NCBI GenBank assembly: GCA_029856365.1
Contig: JAHQWW010000007.1
Span: forward strand, 1-64,000
Direction: 5' to 3'
Origin: Candidatus Hodarchaeota archaeon
GTDB lineage: Archaea; Asgardarchaeota; Heimdallarchaeia; Hodarchaeales; Hodarchaeaceae
Length of the DNA: 64,000 bases
Position 1 is the first letter of the stretch, and each line of letters begins with the position of its first letter. Below the pieces are notes generated by a model. It did not search any database. It worked only from the letters and a program-made list of their open reading frames with translations, and was not told the DNA's origin. Positions 29,958 to 39,145 of this stretch are shown here, in pieces. A program made the translations under genes and the position numbers.

Positions 29958-30716
29958 GTGAGGAATTTGCCTCGGAATTTCATTGATTCACTTGGTCCCA
30001 GATATGAATCATACTTATCAGTATATCTTCACACCGCCAGCCAGTTGGGCTTCTCGGAAATTTGGATTAGTAATCCAACGGAAGAAGAAAAAAATTTGAT
30101 CACTCAACCTACCTTTACCTCTCTGATTCGTATGTATGAGCGATTAGATATTGGATTAAACCATGAATCTAAAGCACATATGGTATCGATCCTTCGTCAT
30201 CAAAGACGACAAATCCCAATCATAACGGTAACATGTTTAACCCCCGAACTCACTGCATGGGCAGCACAAGACAATCGTGTTGATATTTTAACATTTCCTG
30301 TTTTTCAGATTGGCAAGCTCATGTCTCGATCTATTGCAAAGCTTATGGTTAAATTTAAAAAACACTTAGAAATTCAACTCTCCGATTTATACTCCCTACC
30401 TGAACGACAACAAATTCCAGCGTTGAGACAGATTCGTTCTGCCTTGGAAATTGCTTCGTGTAAGAATGTTCCCATTATTTTCACCTCTGGAAGCAAAAAA
30501 CCTGATCAAATGCGGTCTCCACGAGAACTAACGTCATTGGGGCAAATGTTGCTAATGAGTTACATAATGTCGTTGGATTCTTTGAGTATAATTCCCCAAC
30601 AATTATTACAAAAAAACCTCCTCAAAATCAGTCCAAATTATATTGCTCCTGGAGTGTACAAGATTCCTTCCCGAATACGGCCATCTATAACAATGGAGAA
30701 GGAGGAGGAGGAATAG
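29958..30716 (+). CDS. rnp3: RNase P protein component 3 (Rpp30)
   Basis: PHP-like pattern RVDIL, TSG...MRSPREL; conserved rpl15e-rnp3-rnp2 order. Confidence 0.85.
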   Translation: MRNLPRNFIDSLGPRYESYLSVYLHTASQLGFSEIWISNPTEEEKNLITQPTFTSLIRMYERLDIGLNHESKAHMVSILRHQRRQIPIITVTCLTPELTAWAAQDNRVDILTFPVFQIGKLMSRSIAKLMVKFKKHLEIQLSDLYSLPERQQIPALRQIRSALEIASCKNVPIIFTSGSKKPDQMRSPRELTSLGQMLLMSYIMSLDSLSIIPQQLLQKNLLKISPNYIAPGVYKIPSRIRPSITMEKEEEE

Positions 30717-30721
30717 AAACA

Positions 30722-31111
30722 ATGGATGAACGAATAAGGTATATAAATATTCGATTCATCAGTCCTATCCAACTCCAAGAGAAGGATGCTTGGTTTACTG
30801 TATCATCTGAAGTAAAACGCCTCTTTGGAACACATGGAGCGGCAGAGATTGGTTTATTTCTCTCCTATTTTGACCAAACAGCTCAAGGAGGTATTTTTAG
30901 GGCCTCACACAAGTATGTTTATCGTGTTAGATCCGCCCTTTGCTTTATCCACTCGAGACATAATAATCCCCTTTTCTTATTTTCAGAAAATGTCAGTGGT
31001 TCATTGAAGAAAGCGAAAAAACTGTTATCGGGATCAAAACACTTAACTCGTTATCAAAAACTTCGAAAAATGCTTTGTATAAGTTGGGAACAACGTTTCG
31101 ATGATGATTAG
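30722..31111 (+). CDS. rnp2: RNase P protein component 2 (Pop5/Rpp14)
   Basis: RYI, LFGTHGAA, GIFR..H, VRSAL, VSGSLKKAK. Confidence 0.87.
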   Translation: MDERIRYINIRFISPIQLQEKDAWFTVSSEVKRLFGTHGAAEIGLFLSYFDQTAQGGIFRASHKYVYRVRSALCFIHSRHNNPLFLFSENVSGSLKKAKKLLSGSKHLTRYQKLRKMLCISWEQRFDDD

Positions 31112-31155
31112 ATACCAGACTGAACTAGATGTTGATACCGTCCCAGTCTGAGAAA
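31096..31155 (+). ncRNA. C/D box guide sRNA; D guide predicted for 23S rRNA Gm2251 (E. coli numbering)
   Basis: C ATGATGA 31101-31107, 12-nt guide, D' CTGA 31120-31123, C' ATGTTGA 31129-31135, 12-nt guide TACCGTCCCAGT, D CTGA 31148-31151, terminal TTTC/GAAA stem. The guide is complementary to P-loop ACUGGGGCGGUA. Confidence 0.88.
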
Positions 31156-31412
31156 TTCCATTTGGAGTTCCCAACTTGGTCTTTGAGTAGAAACCATTTC
31201 CACCATAGCCCTACCTTTTCTTCTTCGATCAACAAAAATTAGCCATTGTTCAAACAAACTTAGGTATAAATACCTAAAAGTAACACATAGATTCTCACAA
31301 AATACAAATGAGTTAACAATCCTGGAGTATTTCCAACGCCTTTTGTACTTGTGTTATAGAGGATAGATAGTGATGTATAAATCATGTTTTTAAGTTATAT
31401 TATGCTGTTTCC

Positions 31413-31571
31413 TCATTGTAATTTAATTTGAAACATTGAAGTGTCTTCAGGTATTGGTTTATTGGTTCCACACATTGGGCATACAAAGATTTTCTCATCA
31501 TCTTTATTCTTAAGTATCCAGATTCCTCCACATGAACAGAAAATCGATAAAGTTTGGAATTTTAAATCAAT
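31413..31571 (-). CDS. Small zinc-ribbon protein (about 52 aa), no canonical start codon
   Basis: Manual translation IDLKFQTLSIFCSCGGIWILKNKDDEKIFVCPMCGTNKPIPEDTSMFQIKLQ*; only ATT/ATA available as a start. Confidence 0.5.
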   Translation of the reverse strand: MDLKFQTLSIFCSCGGIWILKNKDDEKIFVCPMCGTNKPIPEDTSMFQIKLQ

Positions 31572-32045
31572 TAGAATATATATGTTTAATATGTGATGTT
31601 ATCATTTTAATTAATTATTTTCTAATTAAATTACTATTACTCAATTATATTCGGGGTTTATGCCAAAAAAAAACATTTTTTTCTAATTTTATCACAGATT
31701 ATATTAGATAAATTCTAAAAACTATCGAAATGGATTCAATTCTAGTAGAATGAGTCAAAGGTGTTCCAGATTCCTTTCCATTAAGCAACTAGAGGTTAAA
31801 AGGATACAAACATGTTTCCTCTAAATAAACAACTTTAATTCTATCCCCCCTTTTCCCAACAAATGGAATTATATATGTTGATATAATAATTCTATATCGG
31901 ATTCCAATCCATGACTTCGAATAATTAAATAAACAAACACAAGTTAATAATACGTGTTTTGTTACTTTTTTCTACCTCTTTCACTGGAAGCTAACGCTAT
32001 TAAGGCGATCTGGATAGTTCATCTTCGATTAACAAAGATTTGTTA

Positions 32046-32555
32046 TTACTCAGCTATTGCGAGGTAGAGATAACCCACAATTAACGCGGAGACTCCTACA
32101 AAGAATATTGAAAAAAATTCGTTATATATTATCAGACTTGAAAGAGTAAAAATGAGAGTTATTCCAGCTATTTCAAGTAAGCCTGTTCTACCTCCAGTAT
32201 ATTCACGAATCATTGTATAAACCAAAAGAGTGGAAAAAAACATTATTCCCCACACTATTAAATGAAAGATAGTTAGAAGTGGTGTGAATGTGCCTCCAAA
32301 TAACTCAAATTCCCAGAATAGAAATTCCAGAAAGTTTTGCAAATCAACGGGGAAGAAGAGGAATAAAAGTTCCAGTAGAAAACATATTGAGAGCATTAAT
32401 GTTCCTAGGATTAGAGTTCGTACCTCTTCTGAGGCCCAAAGATTTCGATAGAGGGTTTGAGCCATAACTTTTCCAACTCCTTTCAGAGCTCTCAAGACGT
32501 TGGCAATTTGTGTTCGGTTTTTAATTTTTCCCAAAATTTTCAAAAGCAATCTCAA
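32046..32555 (-). CDS. Hypothetical multi-pass membrane protein
   Basis: Basic N-terminus followed by about four hydrophobic helices. Confidence 0.7.
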   Translation of the reverse strand: MRLLLKILGKIKNRTQIANVLRALKGVGKVMAQTLYRNLWASEEVRTLILGTLMLSICFLLELLFLFFPVDLQNFLEFLFWEFELFGGTFTPLLTIFHLIVWGIMFFSTLLVYTMIREYTGGRTGLLEIAGITLIFTLSSLIIYNEFFSIFFVGVSALIVGYLYLAIAE

Positions 32556-32918
32556 GCGATTTGAGCAATGATATCAGTTGGTATATTGTGCTGATCAAAA
32601 ATAAATAATTTAATTCTAAAAAAATGTAGATATAAAGAAATTAAGACTGGATCCAGATATAAATGGCTCCATTCTATCCTCTTCAAGTGTTTTTATCTAA
32701 CCATTACCAATCTAAAGAAAAGTGAACCTCTAAAAATTCCGATCAATAAAATACTTACTGAATAAGGGAAGTAAAAAGAAAATAAAAGCTAATGTTTATA
32801 AGTTGTAGAAATAGGATGAATGTAACGAAGGTATGGAACAAATCTTTTCCTAGATTCATAGCCATTGCCTCACGATAGTTAGGCTGCTCAATTTGGATTG
32901 TTAATCAAAAAAAGCAGG

Positions 32919-32947
32919 CTTTGATTGAATTAGTGATTCAGTCAAAG
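32919..32947. promoter_or_regulatory. 12-bp hairpin/palindrome 50 nt upstream of the small GTPase gene
   Basis: CTTTGATTGAAT-tagtg-ATTCAGTCAAAG (one G-U pair). Confidence 0.35.
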
Positions 32948-32996
32948 TAATTATTCTAATGGATAACGATTTTGTTCAATCAGAGAGGTCTGAGTA

Positions 32997-33698
32997 ATGA
33001 AAATAGTCCTAATAGGCCCCTACAATAGTGGAAAATCAACGACAGTCCAAAAGATATGTAGGGGTTCTGCAGTCTCTATTGATTATGGTGGAACAACAGT
33101 TGCTTTAGATCATTGTCGAACAAAGATTTATGGAGTTGAAATTTTCCTATTTGGAACTCCTGGACTTCAACGATTCGAGATAATCCGAAAAATCTTGAGT
33201 AAAGGAGCAGATGGTATCCTCTTTGTAGTTGATTCAGTGAATGTAGCTTCATTTGAAGAAGCTAAAAAACTATTGAATGAAGTTTATGACATATTACCAG
33301 GCGTTCCTATTGTCCTCTGTGCAAATAAACAAGACATACGAGGAGCAAAAAGTCCCAACGAAGTAGCAGAAGTGGTTTTAGGAAAAAATAAAGACAAAAT
33401 TTCAGTTATAGGAACTTCAGCAACAACTGGAGAACAAATTGAACACGCCTTAGGTCTAATTGTGCTTAATGCGATCAAACAGTATTATGATATTCTTATA
33501 GCAGTGAAGAAATCAAATGGTGAACTTGCAGAGATTGCAAAAAACATCCAACAACCTGAAGAGAAAGTTTATTCACAACTTCAATTTGCCTCTTGGAGAC
33601 GACTTATAATAGCTGATTGGGACAACTTAACTTTTAATTTAACGATAGGAGTTTCGAATATTACTGATATACTTGAATTTGGACACAAACAGTTTTAA
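32997..33698 (+). CDS. Small Ras-like GTPase (MglA/CvnD-like) with C-terminal helical/HTH-like extension
   Basis: GPYNSGKST, TTVALD, FGTPG, ANKQD, SAT. Confidence 0.88.
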   Translation: MKIVLIGPYNSGKSTTVQKICRGSAVSIDYGGTTVALDHCRTKIYGVEIFLFGTPGLQRFEIIRKILSKGADGILFVVDSVNVASFEEAKKLLNEVYDILPGVPIVLCANKQDIRGAKSPNEVAEVVLGKNKDKISVIGTSATTGEQIEHALGLIVLNAIKQYYDILIAVKKSNGELAEIAKNIQQPEEKVYSQLQFASWRRLIIADWDNLTFNLTIGVSNITDILEFGHKQF

Positions 33699-33729
33699 GT
33701 AATTATTCATAGACTATTTTAACAAGGAG

Positions 33730-33915
33730 TTGGCATATATGGTTGAAAAACCTGATGTCTATATTTGTCAAAAGAAGGAATGTGGTCATCGTTTTCAGAA
33801 AGCGAAATTTATTACTGTTGAAGAAGATGGGGTCTATATAACAAAGCCTTCTTGTCCAGAGTGTGGTACAACAGATATAATATCATCTGCTTGGTTGTTA
33901 AAAGAAGAGAAATAA
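33730..33915 (+). CDS. Small zinc-finger protein
   Basis: CQKKECGH...CPECG; co-oriented with its neighbours with short gaps. Confidence 0.7.
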   Translation: MAYMVEKPDVYICQKKECGHRFQKAKFITVEEDGVYITKPSCPECGTTDIISSAWLLKEEK

Positions 33916-33939
33916 TGCCAAGAACGAGGCCCCTTTACG

Positions 33940-34470
33940 ATGAGCTTCTTAATCAGCTCTCAGCGAACGTTCGAACGTGATGCTCTTTCTGAAGCCTATT
34001 ATGTAATTTCAGATGTTCTCGGATATAAAGTTCATCCATTAAAATCTCGTGTACCAGGTTTAGCAATTTTACGATTAAATGAAGAAACCAGTCCATTTAG
34101 CATTATTGATGAAATCAGCCAGTATATCCAAAAAAAAGGTCTCCTGGTAGCTTGTCTAAAGATTGTTCCTCTCGAGAGACTAATGAAAACTAATCTATCA
34201 AAAATAGTGGAAAATGCATTTTCTCTTGCAAAAGCAAAGATTCTTCCCACTCATTCATGGAAAGTTCATGTAAAGAAAAGACAGACAAATCTAAGGACTT
34301 TTCAGGTAGTCGAGAAAGTTGCAGAAAAAATTAATTGGGGGGTAGTAGACCTAACGACGCCTGATCTCGAGATCAGAATCGAAATTGTAAGAGATTTGAC
34401 TGGGATATCTGTAATGGAACCACGTTTTGAACTTAGTATGGTTCGTTTATCACATGAAACTTCTAATTAG
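33940..34470 (+). CDS. THUMP-domain RNA-binding protein (Tan1-like)
   Basis: KIVPLE, SWKVHVKKR, VDLTTPD.EIRIEI. Confidence 0.85.
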   Translation: MSFLISSQRTFERDALSEAYYVISDVLGYKVHPLKSRVPGLAILRLNEETSPFSIIDEISQYIQKKGLLVACLKIVPLERLMKTNLSKIVENAFSLAKAKILPTHSWKVHVKKRQTNLRTFQVVEKVAEKINWGVVDLTTPDLEIRIEIVRDLTGISVMEPRFELSMVRLSHETSN

Positions 34471-34483
34471 ATGGTTTAGATTA

Positions 34484-35056
34484 TCATTCTAAAGCTAGCA
34501 GAGCAATTTTCTGTAGAATTGCTTTTTCAATTTCAGAAAAAGTGAAATCAGTGGCAAGATATCCATCATCAATAAGTATTTTTATTAGATTTTGTTTTTT
34601 AGACGAAAAATCATCCAATAAATCGAGGTTTGGTGTTAAACGAAGCTCTTTTTGGAGTTGGATATTGGCATTAATTAACGTGTGATCTGTTTCGCCAAGT
34701 AACACTCCAACAATATCTTGTGTTGTTTCCTTTACTCCTAAAAGAGCAATAGCCTTTTTAATCTGCCTTTGACCAGCTACGTAAAGAAGAACTTCGATAG
34801 CAAGTGTTTTTGATATCATTCTATCATTTTTCTTAGCATTCAAAGCATGCCAAATTCCAGAGAAAAGATGTTTATAACCCCAGATGTATCGATTATCGAA
34901 CAATTGTGATGCCTCTAAATTATAGCCAGTTGTAATTTGGTTTAAGATACCCCCAATGTTTACAGAGGATGGCTTCAACACAAGTAGTGATCCAACAAAT
35001 ACCAATAAACTAGATCCGTCAACTTTATCAAGAATATATGACTTATGTTGGGTAAT
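34484..35056 (-). CDS. cgi121: KEOPS complex subunit Cgi121
   Basis: QLFD...IWG..HL, ISKTLAIEVLLYVAGQRQIKKAI..LG, KIALL. The frame is open to an ATT at 35056 with a GGAGAG SD; the track start is 35005. Confidence 0.88.
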   Translation of the reverse strand: MTQHKSYILDKVDGSSLLVFVGSLLVLKPSSVNIGGILNQITTGYNLEASQLFDNRYIWGYKHLFSGIWHALNAKKNDRMISKTLAIEVLLYVAGQRQIKKAIALLGVKETTQDIVGVLLGETDHTLINANIQLQKELRLTPNLDLLDDFSSKKQNLIKILIDDGYLATDFTFSEIEKAILQKIALLALE

Positions 35057-35170
35057 CTAAACAACTCTCCATTTGCCACGGAGCATAATTCGATGAGTAG
35101 ATTTTTTTTAACCTTTCTTAATAACATATTATTATCATTGCAGTTCAATTTAAAGTGTTGATAAGATAAG

Positions 35171-35773
35171 ATGGTTAAGTTTAAAATAGTTAGCTGGCAA
35201 GAAATAGACCAGTTAGCACGAAAACTCTTTCATCTAGTCAAAAATGACGAATTTGAACCTGAAATCATATTAGGTATAAGTAGAGGGGGTACGATTCCAG
35301 CTAGATTATTAAGTGATATGTTCGATGCAGTAATGCCATTTAAGAAGGGAGTAACCACTTCAATATTAGCTTCAATGCAAATAAAGTTCTATACTGGAAT
35401 AGCAGAAACCCATACACGTCCTGTAGTAGCACAAGATGTGACTGTGGAAATTCAACAAAGGAAAATATTATTGGTAGATGACCTCGTGGATAGTGGCGAA
35501 AGTATTCAGTGTGCTCTCGATTATTTGAATTTAAAGAATCCTAAAGAAGTGAAAATTGCAGCCCTTCTCTTTAAACCTTGGTCTAAGATCATCCCACACT
35601 ATTATGTAGAAAAAGCTACTGAATGGGTGGTGTTTCCTCATGAATATTATGAATTCATGACCGAACGAACCATTTCAGAAGGATATGATAAAGCGGAAGC
35701 ATGGGCAACTTTTATCAAGCTTGGAATCCCCGATTCATCTGTAGCTTTTTTTGTTGAGAACTTTTTACCTTAA
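35171..35773 (+). CDS. Purine phosphoribosyltransferase (type I PRTase)
   Basis: ISRGGTIPARLLSD, PRPP loop LLVDDLVDSGES, WVVFPHE. Confidence 0.9.
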   Translation: MVKFKIVSWQEIDQLARKLFHLVKNDEFEPEIILGISRGGTIPARLLSDMFDAVMPFKKGVTTSILASMQIKFYTGIAETHTRPVVAQDVTVEIQQRKILLVDDLVDSGESIQCALDYLNLKNPKEVKIAALLFKPWSKIIPHYYVEKATEWVVFPHEYYEFMTERTISEGYDKAEAWATFIKLGIPDSSVAFFVENFLP

Positions 35774-35800
35774 CAAGTAAAGACTCTAGTCTTTTACTTG
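35774..35800. terminator. Hairpin immediately after the PRTase stop
   Basis: CAAGTAAAGACT-ct-AGTCTTTTACTTG near-perfect inverted repeat. Confidence 0.35.
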
Positions 35801-35872
35801 AATGTGGAAAAGTACTTTTGTAGAGGAAAATTCTGGTTGTTCTGACCCAAAAAAACGTTAAAATAGAACATC

Positions 35873-37777
35873 GTGTTTATTATGCAGTTACTATTAATTC
35901 ATTCAGATGGATTTAGCTGGAAAGTTAATGATAAAGCAGTGAGTAGCCCTGAAACTTTGACAGATAATATATTGAGGGAGTATAGTACAGAAAATTCGGT
36001 AATGGTTATTTTTATTGGTGTAGAGAAGAGTGACTCCGATAACACTTCTCAATTAATTGATATGGCTATTTTAGAGATTCAACAAGCTCTACAAGATGTT
36101 AAAGAGAATAATATTATTCTCTATCCCTGGGTTCACTTAGTAAAAACGACCCCAGCAAAACCCAATGACGCTTTACGTGTTTTACAAACATTACATAAAC
36201 AATTAAACAATAAATCAGATTTTCACATTGTCCGTGCTCCTTTCGGGTATTATAAAGGTTTCTCGTTACAATGTAAGGGACATGCTCTAGCAGAACGTTC
36301 TAAGGAGATTTTTAGTGAGAAAAGATATGAAAAATCTAAAGAGACAGTTGAAGTAACTACTGCAATTGCGGCAGAAGATAAAGTGAAATCCCAGTTCTAC
36401 ATTCTCACTCAGGCTGGTAATGTAATCCCATATGATACGTTTGACTATGGAGAATTGACAGACTTCCAAATATTTGTTTACTATGAAACAGCCAAAGATA
36501 GGGCTGTGAGTTCTCCTCCTAAACACGTCGCATTCATGAAACAACTAGAATTAATCGATTATGAGGAAGGTAGTGATGCTGGAAATTTTCGCATTCTTCC
36601 TAGAGGATATATTGTCAAACATTTGATTGAAAATCATGTTCTCGAGATGGCAATCAGATATGGAGCTATGGTTGTTGAAACTCCCCTTATGTATTCCTAT
36701 GAACATCCTTCTCTCAAAAAATATTTGGAGCGTTTTCCTGCTCGTCAATATATTGTAAAATCTGGTGATAAGGATTACTTTCTTAGGTTCTCAGCATGTT
36801 TTGGTCAATTTCTAACTTTGTCTGACGCGACAATTAGTTATCGACAGCTTCCTCTGAAAATGTTCGAGATGACCAATTCTTTTAGACGTGAGCAACGTGG
36901 TGAATTAGCTGGAATCCGTCGTCTCCGTGCATTTACAATGCCTGATTTACACACTGCAGCCATAGACATGCCAATGGCTAAAAAAGAGTTTGAAGCCCAA
37001 TTCAAGCTTGCTTTACAGTATATGCGGGATATAGAGGTTAGTTTTGAAACTGCATTTCGTATGACAACCGATTTTTTTGAGGAGAATAAAGATTGGCTGA
37101 TTTCTCTCATAAACAATCTAGAAAAACCTATTCTACTCGAGTTGTTCAACACAAGATACGCCTATTTCATTTTAAAATTTGAATTCAACATTGTTGACGG
37201 CCAACGGAAAGCTGGAGCCTTATCGACAGTCCAAATAGACGTGGAAAATTCAGAGCGATTTGATATCAAATATATTAATATCCTTGGGCAAGAAGTACAT
37301 CCATTATTGTTACATTGTTCCTTATCAGGATCAACTGAGCGTGTGATTTATGGAATCCTCGAGGAGCAAATCAAGCAAATACAAAAGGGTTTCAAACCCC
37401 AACTTCCATTATGGCTCTCACCTGCCCAAGTTCGGATTTTACCACTCACAGAAGTATTTTTACCCTATTCTATAGAGGTTGCTGAGGAGCTAGAACGGAA
37501 AAGCATTCGAGTGGAAATTGATGATCGTGATCTCTCACTTGCAAAGAAAATTCGTGCTGCAGAAAAGCTTTGGACTCCATTGATTTTTGTAATTGGTGAG
37601 AATGAAGTAAATCAGGAAAAAATCAGTGTTCGCTATCGAAAAGAAAATACTCAAGAATTTCAACCCTTAAAAGAAGTGATAAAATATATTGAGAAACATA
37701 CTACTGATATGCCATCATTTAATCTAGTTATTCCAAAGTTTGTGTCTCAACAACCCATATTCACTCGTGAGGTCTAA
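35873..37777 (+). CDS. thrS: Threonine--tRNA ligase, archaeal type with N-terminal editing domain
   Basis: MQLLLIHSD, RAPFGYYK, CKGHALAE, LRFSACFGQF, FRREQRGE, RLRAFTMPD, LHCS.SGS.ER. Confidence 0.96.
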   Translation: MFIMQLLLIHSDGFSWKVNDKAVSSPETLTDNILREYSTENSVMVIFIGVEKSDSDNTSQLIDMAILEIQQALQDVKENNIILYPWVHLVKTTPAKPNDALRVLQTLHKQLNNKSDFHIVRAPFGYYKGFSLQCKGHALAERSKEIFSEKRYEKSKETVEVTTAIAAEDKVKSQFYILTQAGNVIPYDTFDYGELTDFQIFVYYETAKDRAVSSPPKHVAFMKQLELIDYEEGSDAGNFRILPRGYIVKHLIENHVLEMAIRYGAMVVETPLMYSYEHPSLKKYLERFPARQYIVKSGDKDYFLRFSACFGQFLTLSDATISYRQLPLKMFEMTNSFRREQRGELAGIRRLRAFTMPDLHTAAIDMPMAKKEFEAQFKLALQYMRDIEVSFETAFRMTTDFFEENKDWLISLINNLEKPILLELFNTRYAYFILKFEFNIVDGQRKAGALSTVQIDVENSERFDIKYINILGQEVHPLLLHCSLSGSTERVIYGILEEQIKQIQKGFKPQLPLWLSPAQVRILPLTEVFLPYSIEVAEELERKSIRVEIDDRDLSLAKKIRAAEKLWTPLIFVIGENEVNQEKISVRYRKENTQEFQPLKEVIKYIEKHTTDMPSFNLVIPKFVSQQPIFTREV

Positions 37778-37973
37778 GAAACAGTTTTAATAATCCATAC
37801 AAATCATCAATCAAATAATAATAACAGGTACTTTGTCTCAGAAATCAACCTTGAGATCTAAATTAGAGCAAAGCATCACATAAAGACCTTTAAATTAATC
37901 AATCGGCATCAATAATTGCATTTTTTACTATTTAAATGGATTTAAATTAAATAATCTTTGAAAGGGAATACTT

Positions 37974-38522
37974 ATGCCTACAAAATTGTTTGGTCGAGAG
38001 ATAGAAAATCAAATAGCATTTGTTGGCCTTGCAAATGCGGGGAAAACTACCTTAGTTAAAAGACTTAAGGGAGACGATAATCTAGAAACCGTACCAACAA
38101 TGGGGATGAATATTGAGACTTTAAAAATTGGTGACATTGAAGTAATGGCTGCAGATCTAGGAGGACAGGCAACATATCCGACGAGCTTATGGAAACCATT
38201 TGTTTCAGATGCATCAGGTATTGTGTTTGTATTTGATTCTGCAGACAGATCTAAAGTCGAGAATGCGGGAAAGTGGTTGAAGAACGTCATTCAATGGGCG
38301 CCAGAAGATTCTGCATTTCTTTTCTTGGCAAATAAACAAGATTTAACAGAAGCAATGACTCTTGAAAGAATTATTTATACATTAGAACTTGAAAAAGAGA
38401 TGGCTGCAAGACCTAGAACGTTTGCTGTTTATCCTTGTTCTGCATTAACAGGTGATGGGGTCGAGGAACCGTGGCAGTGGATGAGCGACAGGTTTCGTCA
38501 TAGAATGTCACAAAAAAAATAG
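37974..38522 (+). CDS. Arf/Sar-family small GTPase
   Basis: GLANAGKTT, VPTMGMN, DLGGQ, ANKQD, CSALTG. Confidence 0.92.
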   Translation: MPTKLFGREIENQIAFVGLANAGKTTLVKRLKGDDNLETVPTMGMNIETLKIGDIEVMAADLGGQATYPTSLWKPFVSDASGIVFVFDSADRSKVENAGKWLKNVIQWAPEDSAFLFLANKQDLTEAMTLERIIYTLELEKEMAARPRTFAVYPCSALTGDGVEEPWQWMSDRFRHRMSQKK

Positions 38523-39095
38523 GTGCCCCATATGAGTTTCCTTTCAAAGCTTCGCGCAAAATTTGCCAAAGAAAAATTAACGGTAAAGATCGCGTGGCTG
38601 GGTCTTGACCAGGCAGGGAAAACTACATTAGTCAAAAGAATAACATCTGGAGAGTTTAACAGTAGTACTTTCCGAACATTAGGGATGAATGTTGATGAAT
38701 TTAGTTCGGGAAATGTTCGATTTATTTCTTGGGATATTGGGGGGCAAGAAGCCTTTCGTGAATCTCTTTGGGAAAGCTATATGGCAGGTAGCATGGGAAT
38801 CGTATATGTGGTGGATTCAGCCGATAGAGCTCGACTCTCAGAAGCTAAGATGGAATTATGGAAATATGTCCTTGATAATGATAAAGTTGAAAACATACCA
38901 ATTTTAGTCCTTGCTAATAAACAGGATCTTGAAAATGCCGCTTCAGCTGGAGAGGTTGCTCGAGGGCTCAATCTTCATAAAGTTACGACACATTCATATG
39001 CTATCGTTCCCACGTCTGCCAAAACTGGTTTTAACGTTGAGGAAGGACTTGAATGGCTTCGCCAAAGGGTGACTGAAAAAATCGATCTCTTATAG
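38523..39095 (+). CDS. Arf/Sar-family small GTPase with N-terminal amphipathic helix
   Basis: MSFLSKLRAKFAK, GLDQAGKTT, WDIGGQ, ANKQD, SAKTG; likely start ATG 38532. Confidence 0.93.
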   Translation: MPHMSFLSKLRAKFAKEKLTVKIAWLGLDQAGKTTLVKRITSGEFNSSTFRTLGMNVDEFSSGNVRFISWDIGGQEAFRESLWESYMAGSMGIVYVVDSADRARLSEAKMELWKYVLDNDKVENIPILVLANKQDLENAASAGEVARGLNLHKVTTHSYAIVPTSAKTGFNVEEGLEWLRQRVTEKIDLL

Positions 39096-39145
39096 TAAAA
39101 TCTCTATAATATTCTGTTTCTTCATGGTAGATATTCTAAGTTAAT

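Noticed and set aside
31260-31277. TAGGTA-N-TACCTA palindrome, also at 51134-51151
   Set aside because: Only two copies, with different spacers (4 vs 6 nt), in AT-rich DNA; insufficient for a binding-site call
38520-38525. In-frame TAG between the two Arf genes (also at 9259-9264) as possible read-through or pyrrolysine
   Set aside because: Each downstream gene has its own plausible start and N-terminal signature; no pyl genes are seen in the window
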